Shown here in pieces: positions 23,859-37,200 of a DNA stretch of 64,000 nucleotides. Under the pieces are notes generated by a model. It was not told the origin of the DNA. It did no database searches and worked only from the letters and a program-made list of their open reading frames with translations. The position numbers and the translations under genes are program-made. Numbering within the stretch: position 1 is the first letter of the stretch; each line of letters begins with the position of its first letter. Source of the DNA: Antedon mediterranea (Eukaryota; Animalia; Echinodermata); contig NC_092673.1 of NCBI RefSeq assembly GCF_964355755.1, forward strand, positions 7,006,001-7,070,000, read 5' to 3'.

Positions 23859-25149
23859 TATTAATAATGAGTCCACGGTGTTTACATACAATGTTGATTT
23901 CTTACAAATTCTACTCTCCATGTAATATCCGGTTGAATGAAGTTTAAATCAATAATTTGACCACTATACAATTACAAGCGTGTTGTTTCCAATAAGCAGT
24001 ATAAAAACTTGCACTTCGTATCAAATTAACTAACTGCTATTCTGTGCTTTTTAATAACGTTTCCTACGTTTAAATAGAATATTAGGTTGTGCTCGTTTAG
24101 TAATACAAAACGATAGAAAGCTTAATTAAAATACTGGTAATAAATATAGTGGTGTATAATTAAAGTGCAATACACAACGCACGCAAATCACTTCTCACAA
24201 TGATAGTGTTTAAATAATGAAACTGATGTGACGATAAAGACAATGCAGTTGATGACGATTTCAATTTAAATGATAAAGATGATTATGATGATGATATTAG
24301 AGATTGATATTGGTGATAATTAATAAATAATAATTATGATGGCCTAATAATGAGTAAGAAGTTAGTCATATGATTATTATTGGGGTTGATTATTATCAAA
24401 ACAAAAAAGATAATACGAATTATGTGAAGCGACTTTGGTCGAGCATAGTAAGTTGTTATATGTAAATGCAAATTTTTGCCAAATATTCTTGCAAGTAAAT
24501 AACATTATTATTATTATTATTTATTGCCAAAAACCAGTTACAAACATACAAAAACACAGAAACTAAGGGAGTAGGCAGGAACCTAAAAGTGAACCTAATC
24601 ACTATAACAAGAGTTCAGGTTCCGTACTCCCAAAGTAACAACAATGATATATAATAAACTATATCAAAATATTTAAATAACAAATAGACGAATCAACAGC
24701 GTCCATATAACATAAAAGGATAAAATACATTATAGTCGATTCAACAAAGTCAATATAATGTCAATGTGATTTAAGTGAATTTAAAAATGTTGGAAAACTG
24801 TCTAAAATTAAAGAATTTTTAATCATTTTGATTAGGCTGTACATAATGAATCGTTCCTATAACGGCAATGATACAGCATCGTTAACTTCAAATTAAACAA
24901 AACTGGGTTAAATTATATTTGTCCAAATCGATGTTATTAGTTACCTTTACGAGACAATGCTTGATATTGATCAATACATAAAACGAGTATGCAAACTGAT
25001 ACATAAAAAAGGGCATTGGTGCCTCCTGATTTGACGTCTGAACATTTGATCAGGTGACTTAATCAATCGGCAAACAAGTGTAGGCCCACGGGAACCAATG
25101 CTGCTGCTCTCTTTCAGGATTTGGTAAATCTGGACAATAACGTAGAAAA

Positions 25150-25243
25150 ATGAACAGATTTACTTGTCTCTCACGATTGTATATTTTCAAACATACATTA
25201 TTAAAATTGATTATTTTTATTCTTATTTGTACGTGTTTTTCAG
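25150..25243 (+). CDS. Copy B exon 1, signal-peptide-like MNRFTCLSRLYIFKHTLLKLIIFILICTCFS
   Basis: ATG, hydrophobic core, CAG|GTAAGT phase-1 donor matching exon 2. Homologue at 43166. Confidence 0.8.
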
Positions 25244-28200
25244 GTAAGTTTATTCATATAGCTTTACATTTAATAAATTGTTTTAGTATCACTAATATGA
25301 GACAGTTTGTACGTTATTTGATACAAATATTGTATCAAAATAACCGGAATTATACTAGGATTATTATAATTATTAGGTATTACGCTATAAATGTGCCTAA
25401 AGGGAGCGAATGCACTCCCCAATACAATTTTTCAGTATCAACATCTACTATCCATGGTTTTGATGTAATGTATTCGTCAGGCAAGTAGTATTTACCCTAA
25501 AGTGCGGTAAATACACAGAAATTACTCTGAATATATAAATAAATTACACTTGCTTACATGAACAATAACTCATTCTGAATATGTTTTCTTTTTTTCTCTC
25601 TCTCGAATGAATTAAATAGAGGACTTTATCCTAGTAACAGATAACGACGAAGATGTCATTTTCAAAGCGACTATACCAAAAGAGGTGTGTTTACAAAATC
25701 TTGAATTTTCTCCCATCGGTAATATAAACACCGAGTGGGGTGTATCTGTCACGTATGACCCCATAGACGACCATGTGTATTGGACGGATATATCGGGCAT
25801 TGAAGGCATATATCGATCATATCTGGACGGAACAAATATAGATCGAATTGTCACTGCTGACGGTGAGAATAGAAGTATATAAATACTAATATGCAGGTTT
25901 CCCTCCAATTAAAGACCACGTTTATGGCCGTATTCACCATTCACACTTGGGAAATACTTATACATATTTATTAAGTGAAATCTAGGAAAATACCTCATAG
26001 GTGTGATTGGTAAATACGGCCGCTGGTTTCACAGGTCCAATCCTACCAAAACTCGGAACAGAAGTGGTCTTTAAATTACCTAAGTTTACAGGGATTGTCA
26101 GAAATGTGTATCTTTTTCCATAAAGAATGAGGGTAAATATATTCAGGTTGTACGCTAATGTAAATGTAATCAGGTTGCCTGGGTTTCAAGATTGTTCTAC
26201 CTACACAGCTCAGATGCATTAATTTTAAAAGTTTATTTTAAAGTGTTCGATAATTGAGGTTCATCCAAACCGTGGTCTTTGTTTTAATTACAGTGGTGGG
26301 AATGTTTAACTGGAGGAAGCAGCTATTAAATGATATAAGAAAGATTATCCGGGGCCGCATTTAATTGGAGAGAGATTATATTTGGTTTTAAATAATGTTC
26401 TCGTCTACCTTTATGTTCATTTTTTTTTATATGTCTAAGAATATTTGTTCTTCCATTACTTCACGGCAGTATAAAAACCTCCTCCTCACATCATTTTACT
26501 TTTATAACTTCCTCGTGTGGATACATCTTCTACATATTCACGGAATGTCTTGATTGACTTCGCCGGTACTCGTATCCATGTCGAACAGATATAAGGACCA
26601 ATATTGACGCTAATTGTCTAATGGATGTCCATCTTGAAAAATACCTGCACACAATAATACGAGGATGCTTCGCATTTTCCCTACTCCTACGATAATTGTT
26701 TTTAATAGCTGAAAACCGGTTAAATAGCTAGAGTACAGAATCATAATGTTGAAGACATGCCGATTTTCAAATGTTTTGATTTGCGATAAATGGAACATTC
26801 CAATCTCTGTTTTCCACAAGTGTCTATTCCCTCAGCCATCGTAAAGGTAAGTACACTCAGAAATTCGATCCCTTTTTTTGCCATCTGTGCTGCAGAGGTT
26901 AGATATATAGGTCTTTTATTCAAACGGATAATGAGCTAGCGTTTTCAGTCGCCGTCTATATTATGTGCAATCAACTTTATTATTGCACTACCTACACAAC
27001 CACCCCTCCTCCCCTCAATGGCATGAGTTAGCGTTGTAAAGCCAGTATAGGATAGGCCTACAGTACGAAGGATCACATGCCCTAAACGCAGAACAACTTT
27101 GGTATGTAGGAACCAACTTAAATATGAATTGGCTCTAAGAAACAATTGAAAACCATTTAGGTCTACTAATTAAGTTGAGTTACATAATTATTTATTGACG
27201 ATTAAAGCGAATTTACGCTTTGCCCCGAATAGAGGTGGTTTTCACAAATTGTTTTACATTATATAAACATATACAAATAAACTTTATTACTGACAGTTTT
27301 TTTGTTTTTTTTTTTCATTTATTTGGCATCTCAATACATAACATTAAATAAACATCAATAATATATATAATCACCTTAAATATTAAAATACATCAAAAAA
27401 GCAAATAAAAATGGCGGGATTAATGAAGTCTGACGATGCACGGGAAAACACATAAAGTCGTTTAAAGTAAAACAACTTAATTCCAATGTGGTCCCCAAAA
27501 AGATAGTAATTATAATTTTAACAAAACAAACATTATAAGACGGCCTCTTAACGTTTGTATTAATTAATACTGTAATTACAAATAAATAATATAAACGTCG
27601 TAGTGATGTATCGTTACATGTACTTTACTATTTCAATCGACTATGGTGACAGCGTCAACAGAGTATTAAATCACACTGTTTTACTGTTTTAAGTGGTATA
27701 TTATTTGTAAAACATGAAAACAATTAATATTTCGTTACTTATTACTTACTAATGGATAATGGATAAAAATATGTTTAAAAATTGTTCCTCTTTGCACCCA
27801 TCCTCTTCCACATTAGGGCCTACTAAACCCTAAGAAAGTTTTAGCGTACGACGCAAAACAATAGAAAGATATACTAGGAGTTTCAATCTAAGATTTGGAG
27901 GCATCCTAGAAAAGGAAGGAGAAAATCCGATAGATGAAATATCAAATTTAATAGATAAGGAACTTGACTTAGCAGGCGTTACCATTGAAAACGCACAAAG
28001 AATTGGTAGGCCTAAAACCAGATTGCTAACAACAGTACCCAGACACATAATAGCGAAATTTCTATACAGGCCGCAAAGGTTCTCTATCCTATTAAAGGCT
28101 AAAAAAAATAAAGAAAAAAAGCTTTTATGTCATGGAAGACCTACCCCTATCTGATGTGAAAAAAAAAACATCAACAGGCAAGCACCCGTCTTTTCGTAAA

Positions 28201-31200
28201 GGCACATTGTATATATGGAATGCCTTATCGTGAGTAGTCCTAATGACGTAATCAGAATGTAATTTGAATAACTCTTCAAGTATTTATCGCGCATTGACAC
28301 GTAGGCCTATATAACCGTATATTCTATTTTTAGAAGGCATAGTAGACGTGTGCATAAACGAAAACCCTGGTTATATTGGACCATCATGGACCTGATTATT
28401 TGGCGGAGCAAAGAAGCAAAGAAGCAAAGAAATTGACTATTTATTTATTTATTTATAAGACTTATCTTGTATTGAACTTTCATATCATTTTCTTTATTCA
28501 TATTTTTATTAATTTTGTATATTTATTTATTAATTTTTTTTATTTTTATTATTATTATTATAACATCGTTTTAAAATTTAAATATCAGTAAAATCATGAA
28601 AATGATCACCTATAATTCGTCAAAGTGACGATTTAGATTTATTAAAACTTTATTAAAGTATTATAACATCTCTCTTTAATATAGACATTCGCTCAATTTC
28701 ACTGGACACGGTTAATCGAAAGATTTACTATATCAGTAATGTGGAAGGATCACTTATGAGGGCAAACTTAGACGGCTCAAGTGGTGAAACAATTAAGGCG
28801 TCTATTGCAACACCAACGTCCCAGACCAGAGGTTTAGTCGTCAGTGTGGAACATGAGTAATTATTTACTGAAATATTTTATCTAAAGCACTCTCTACACT
28901 ATAAAACTTTATGTGACAAAAACGTATGATGTGCCCAAATAATTTAGTAGTGATATGCCCAAATATGGTAGTAATATGACACCATCATGTCCATATGTGG
29001 GCACATACACTTTGATAGTGTAGACAGAGATTTATCCAATATGTGATTTAATTCAAGCAGAATGAGTAGCCGAATGGTACATGTATCACATATGACGCTG
29101 TATTATAGGCAACATCGCCTGACGACCGTTGTAACCGTAGCGTGTATATGCGCCACATGACACATGTTATACTGTACTATACCATTTTTCTATTACTAAA
29201 CATATATTACCATGTGGAGACAGTACAGCAGGGAATCAAGTGATAGGCTAAGCGATCTTTTTTTTCTTTGTACATAACACACAGTGGTAAGCAAATACAT
29301 AACACTACAGTGATTGCATTGCTTTTGGGACGACGGGACATAAATCCGTTATTCCCGTGTATTGTACATACAGTGTACCTAAACTTGGGGAACTTATCAG
29401 AGAGAACATGGGATCGTCTCTTTCGATCTTCTATTGTCGGTTTGCAGTTAAGCATGTATACGAATATAAACAATTTTACCTTTACTCCTCTTTTGTTATA
29501 ATTAATCAAGAAAAGAATGATATATTTTATGTTTCTACTTTTTTTCCAGCCTGTGCTTTTATGGAAAAAGACAAAAAGTCATCCGTTTTCAGTTGTCTTC
29601 ACCGGACAATGAATTACAGTACGCTACAACAGACTGGGTTACTGCTGTCGCTGTCGATTTTACAGGTTTCATGTTTTTTTTTACTTGGAAAGGAAAGAGT
29701 ATACAGTTAACTGAAATCAGCTAAATTTGAACACAAAACTATTGGGAATGTTTGACATTAAATCTTGGTTCCCACTAGGACGCCGCGCAATGACGAAAGC
29801 TGCAACGCAGGCAAATTCAACAATAACAAGGCCAACAGCCATAAGTCGCGTGTTAAAACGCATAGTGATACCGGACCGACTGACAGACCGACAGACCAAC
29901 CGACCGACATAGTGAACTATAGAGTCGCGTCAACGCGACTAACAAGCGATGGATTACTTGAACTGTCGCTTGTGATTGATCAATTCACACTTGCGTTACG
30001 TCCTAGTGGGAACCAAGACATAACGTAGCTAACACACAGCGAAAGTGTTATTGGTCAATATGACAGTGTAAAATGTAATTATTGACTTTAAAACACGGTC
30101 AAAAAGATTTGCCAATTGTTTTATTAATAATCAGATATGTTTTTTATTATCAGGATTATTCTTCAAGCAATTTTAAAAATAAAGAAAACTATATTTCTTG
30201 TTGGTTTTTCCAGATGGGTATTTTTATTAGTCCCTTTCTTTTGGACACACCTATTCAGGGTACACCTCCATTAAGGAAATATTTCCAACAAAACATTTCC
30301 CAAAGCGGTCCACAATACTTATGATATGAATTCATATCCGGATTTATCTTTCTTTTAAGCCGAAATGGTTTATTGGAGCGACAAAGGGCAAAGTCATATA
30401 ATGATAGCGGCTCTGGATTTTACAAATGTTCAACAATTTGTGAAGTTTCCACCATGTGGAGTAGCTCGAGATATAACTCTTTATGCAAATAGTGTCTATT
30501 GGATATGCAGAAATGACGGTCTTTATCGAGTCGATAAAGAAACGGGGAACAATATTGAGACACTCAGTGATACATTCGTTAATCCATTTGGAATGTTCAT
30601 ATCTGACGGTAAGCCATTATATTATTTTACGTAAAAAAAAACGATCATATATATATATCAGAGTTCTAGATTCACCAAGTACATTGTAACTAATCACAAC
30701 ATGTGCACAAATGTGTTGTTTTTACGAATATTATGCCACAACTTAAACTAGACTAAAGGCCAATTTACATAGACTAGTGGTAACGTGTGTAACTGCTCAC
30801 GATCGAGTGGTCATTACGAGAATTGGTCGATTATGAGAAGCGGTCCCGTTATAGAGAGGTGGTCTTTCATTTAAGAAATTTGATCACTGAGGGTAGTCGC
30901 GTACGATGGATAGTGGTCACTTTGGGAGGTAGTTTCTTACAAGATGGCCGCTTTTAGGAAGACGGTCTCTTACTAGAGGTGCATAGACTAAAAGCTAAGT
31001 AAAGAGATGCATTTGAACATATTTAAACAAGGCCAACAGCCATAAGTGGCGTGCTAAAACGCATAGTGATTCCGGACCGACAGACAGACCGACAGACCGA
31101 CCGACCGACATAGTGAACTATAGAGTCGCGTCCACGCGACTAATAAAAAGACTCTAAAAATAACCCTACATCTTCTGGCGATAGTAACTACATTCGCTTG

Positions 31201-34200
31201 TGAGACAATTGTCGTTACTATATTACCTTTCGACCGTGCTATGTTAGCCGATGTTGATTTTAACAAGAAATCTTAAGACTATATTAGGCAATAGTTGTTT
31301 GTGTTCCCTATTTTTCAATTGAATTTGTAGAAATTATATCTTTATTACCATCTAATCTGTCCCTACTCAAAACCTAAATTTGTTAGGTGCTTATCGTTAT
31401 CATAATTGTCAAGAAGAAGGGCGAATAAACAACCGACACTCGCGAAATTGCCTAAACGTGAAGTATTGACAAGACTGAATTCGCTTAAAAATATGTATTT
31501 CGAGTATGTTACATTGGCATTGCATATATGATTAACATGGTCAAAAACAATTTTTCAATCCAACAGATCCATTGTGGGATACAATCGAGCTTATGTGTAC
31601 AACAATTGCAGGTTAGACTTCTATTTTGATAAGCAAATATAATTGAAATATAAAGTAAATTATGTGATATCAGAAACTGTGTATATACAACATTAATGCT
31701 AAAGAAAATGCCTAATGAAACAAACTAACTAATTTTTTAAACATCATTCTACTAACGAACTTCACAATATCTTTTTACTGTAGTAACAAGAGATGTAACC
31801 ACTGACATAGCAACAGATGCAACAACGGACACAACAACATATGCAACAAAAGACATAACAACATATGCAACAACGGACACAACAACCGATGCAACAACGG
31901 ACATAACAACAGATGGAACAACGGACACAACAACAGATGCAACAACAGACATAACAACAGATGCAACAACGGAAACAACAACAGACACAACAACAGATGG
32001 AACAGATGCAACAACGGACATAACAACAGATGCAACAACAGATGCAACAACGGACACAACAACCGATGCAACAACGGACACAACAACAGATGCAACAACG
32101 GGCATAACAACAGATGCAGCAACGGACACAACAACAGATGCAAAAACGGCCATAACAACTGATGCAACAACGGACACAACAACTGATGCAACAACTGACA
32201 CAACAACAGATGCAACAACGGACATAACAACTTATGCAACAACGGGCACAACAACCAACGCAACAACAGACACAACAACCGATGCAACAACGGACACAGA
32301 AACAGATGCAACAACGGACACAACAACAGATGCAACAACGGACACAACATCCGATGCAATAACAGACACAACAACCGATGAAACAACGGACTTAACAACA
32401 TATGCAACAACAGACACAACAGATGCAAAAACGGACAGAAAAACAGACACAACAACCGATGCCACAACGGACACAACAACAGATGCAACAACGGACATAA
32501 CAGACAAAACAGCCGACGCAACAACAGCCACAACCACCGATGCAACAACGGACACAACAACAGATGCAACAATGGACATAACAACGGAAACAACAACGGA
32601 CAAAACAATAGATACTACAACGGACATAACAACATATGCAACAACGGACATAACAACATATGCAACAACGGACATAATTACAGATGCAACAACGGACACA
32701 ACAACATATGCAACGGACACAACCACATATGCAACAACGGACACAGCAACAGATGCAACAACGGACACAACAACATATGCCACGACGTACATAACAACAT
32801 ATGCAACAACGGACATAACAACATATGCAACAACGGACATAACAACATATGCAAAAACGGACATAACAACATATGCAACAACAGACACAACAACAGACAC
32901 AACAACAGATGCAACAACGGACACAACAACAGATGCAACAACGGACACAACAACAGATGCAACAACGGACATAGCAACTGATGAAACAACGGACATAGCA
33001 ACATATGCAACAACGGACATAACAACAGACACAACAACAGACACAACAACATATGCAACAACGGACATAACAACAGATGCAACGACGGACACAACAATAG
33101 ATACAACAACCGACACAACAACATATGCAACGACGGACACAACAATAGATACAACAACGGACATAACAACAAATGCAACAACAGATACAACAACCGATGC
33201 AACAACAAACACAACAACAGATGCAACAACGGACATAACAACATATGCAACAACGGACAAAACAACAGATGCAACGACGGACACAACAACAGACACAACA
33301 ACAGATGCAACAACGGACATAACAACATATGCAACAACGGACACAACAACAGACACAACAACAGATGCAACAACGGACACAACAACAGACACAACAACAG
33401 ATGCAACAACGGACATAACAACATATGCAACAACGGACAAAACAACAGATGTAACAACGGACATAACAACAGACACAACAACAGATTCAACAACGGACAT
33501 AACAACATATGCAACAACGGACACAACAACAGACACAACAACAGATGCAACAACGAACACAACAACAGACACAACAACAGATGCAACAACAACGGGCATA
33601 ACAACAGATGCAACAACGGACACAACAACAGATGCAACAACGGACATAGCAACATATGCAACAACGGACATAGCAACATATGCAACAACGGACATAACAA
33701 CAGACACAACAACGGACATAACAACATATGCAACGAGGGACATAACAACAGATGCAACGACGGACACAACAATAGATACAACAACGGACATAACAACAAA
33801 TGCAACAACAGATACAACAACAGATGCAACAACAGACATAACAACATATGCAACAACGGACATAACAACATATGCAACAACAGACACAACAACAGATGCA
33901 ACAACGGACACAACAACAGATGCAACAACGGACACAACAACAGATGCAACAACGGACATAGCAACATATGCAACAACGGACATAGCAACATATGCAACAA
34001 CGGACATAACAACAGACGCAACAACGGACACAACAACATATGCAACAACAGACACAACAACAGATGCAACAACGGACATAACAACATATGCAACAACGGA
34101 CATAACAACAAATGCAACAACAGATACAACAACCGATGCAACAACAAACACAACAGATGCAACAACCGACACAACAACATATGCAACAACGGACATAACA

Positions 34201-37200
34201 ACATATGCAACAACGGACATAACAACCAATGCAACGACGGACACAACAACCGATGCAACAACGGACACAACAACAGATGCAACAACGGACATAGCAACAT
34301 ATGCAACAACGGTCATAACAACAGACACAACAACGGACATAACAACATATGCAACAACGGACATAACAACAGATGCAACAACGGACATAACAACAGATGC
34401 AACGACGGACACAACAATAGATACAACAACGGACATAACAACAAATGCAACAACAGATACAACAACCGATGCAACAACAAACACAACAGATGCAACAACG
34501 GACATAACAACATATGCAACAACGGACATAACAAGAAATGCAACAACAGATACAACAACCGATGCAACAACAAACACAACATATGCAACAACCGACACAA
34601 CAACATATGCAACAACGGACATAACAACATATGCAACAACGGACATAACAACAAATGCAACGACGGACACAACAACCGATGCAACAACGGACACAACAAC
34701 AGATGCAACAACGGACATAACAACAGATGCAACAACGGACATAACAACAGATGCAACAACGGACACAACAACAGATGCAACAACGGACACAACAACATAT
34801 GCAACAACGGACATAACAACAGATGCAACAACGGACACAACAACGGACACAACAACATATGCAACAACGGACATAACAACATATGCAACAATGGACAAAA
34901 CTACAGATGCAACAACCGACACAACAATAAACACGATCAATCAAGGTAAGCAGTCTGGATTTTACATTATCTTAATGCTCAAACCTAATTACTCTACTGT
35001 AAATCTAAGTCACGTAATGAATTCATTTTACAGATTCAACAACAAAAAAACGAGGCTGTGTAGCAATTACAACAATTGGTAATGCATGTTTTATATGTAA
35101 ATTAATAGGGTTGTTCGGGAAATTACAACCGCACAAATCATTCAAATCAAAGCCTTCATCATTTTATCTTCATCATCATTCTGATATTCATTCACTTGTA
35201 TTTATTCGTCAATTTACACATTCGTTATTAAAGTATTTTACTTGTTTTTTTTTTGTATGTAGATATTATGTGTTTGTTTGTTTGTACGCACGTAAACCTC
35301 TACAATTTTAAAGTCATCGTCATGATTTTTGTGGCAAGTAATTATGTATATACCAATGCATCATTCCGGAAAATCGATATATTGGTGACGTCACAAAAAC
35401 TCTAGTTACCATTATATCGAAAATATTCTTTTTTCCAAACCAATAATTAGTAAAAACTAACCTTGACAGTTTCGCTGTCCTGATCGGACAGCTTCTTCAG
35501 ATATAATGACGATCTATCATCAAACAGACTGACTTCTAGAGGGCCTATTGTGTTTAATGACAGGGTCATACACGTGACTGAGTTGGTGGGTGCCCTCGTC
35601 TATGATTTGGTTTCCTCGTCTGCGGATCCAGATGGCTTCTCTGATGCGTCGTTTGTTTGTATCTGGTTCCCTGTCGATGATTTTAGGTTGTGCCCAGTCT
35701 ATTATGTGATTTAGCTTGACGGCATGATCTGCTATAGCTGATTTGTTCAGTTCATTTTTTGATTCTCTATGTGATTGACGAGTGAAGTTCTTTCTCTGTT
35801 GGGTTATCTTTTCTGTTTCTTTTCTATGTTCTTTTAACCTTGTGCCAAAACAACGACCCGTTTCTCCAATGTAGGTGTGATCACAATTAGAACATGAGAT
35901 TTCGTAGACGCAATTAGCCCCTTTCAATTTGTCAACTTGGTCTTTTGGGTGGACAAGTAGTTGTCGTAATGAAGTGTGGGGTTTCATAGCTGTGTTGATG
36001 CCAAACTCCTTAAACACTTTACTAACTCGCTCCGAAAGTCCTGCTACATACGGGACGACTACAAATCCTTTGCTTTCCATGGTGTTTTCTTGGGATAGCC
36101 ACATCTGGAAAGGGCTGATGTTATATTGGCCTCTTCTGTATTACGATCTGCATCCATAGTGACAATGGAATTCATACGGTCAAATAGTGTTCTGATTATT
36201 CCCAGTTTTTGAGGTACAGGATGGTGAGAATCAAAATGTAGGTACTGGTCCGTATGTGTCGGTTTTCTATATACTAAAAGTTTGACAGATCCATCTGGTT
36301 TTCTAATGATGAGAGAATCGAGGAAATGGATCTTGTTTTCATATACTTTCTCGTAGGTGAACTTTATGGTGCCAGCTGGGTCAGATGAATTGAGATGTTG
36401 TGTGAGATTTTCAACTTGGTCTTGTTTTACAATTTCAAGAACGTCATCCACGTAGCGTTTCCATAACCGAGGTTTACATAAATAAAAAAGTAACATCCAA
36501 GAAGAAAGAAAACACCATGGAAAGCAAAGGATTTGTAGTCGTCCCGTATGTAGCAGGACTTTCGGAGCGAGTTAGTAAAGTGTTTAAGGAGTTTGGCATC
36601 AACACAGCTATGAAACCCCACACTTCATTACGACAACTACTTGTCCACCCAAAAGACCAAGTTGACAAATTGGAAGTGGCTAATTGCGTCTACGAAATCT
36701 CATGTTCTAATTGTGATCACACCTACATTGGAGAAACGGGTCGTTGTTTTGGCACAAGGTTAAAAGAACATAGAAAAGAAACGGAAAAGATAACCCAACA
36801 GAGAAAGAACTTCACTCGTCAATCACATAGAGAATCAAAAAATGAACTGAGCAAATCAGCTATAGCATGCAGATCATGCCGTCAAGCTAAATCACATAAT
36901 AGACTGGACACAACCTAAAACCATCGACAGGGAACCAGATACAAACAACCGACGCATCAGAGAAGCCATCTGGATCCGCAGACGAGGAAACCAAATCATC
37001 AACAGAGACGAGAGCACCCACCAACTCAGTCACGTGTATGACCCTGTCATTAAACAGAATAGGCCCTCTAGAGGTCAGTCTGTTTGATGATGGATCGTCA
37101 TTATTTCTGAAGAAGCTGTCCGATCAGGACAGCGAAACTGTCAAGGTTAGTTTTTACTAATTATTGGTTTGGAAAAAAGAATATTTTCGATATACTTAGA

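Noticed and set aside
24500-24850. Possible LINE 3' end on the minus strand after (ATT)n; similar case at 27295-27500
   Set aside because: No coding remnant or TSD to support it.
25098-25127. Short upstream ORF MLLLSFRIW* before the B start codon
   Set aside because: Not conserved upstream of C exon 1, and the transcription start is unknown.
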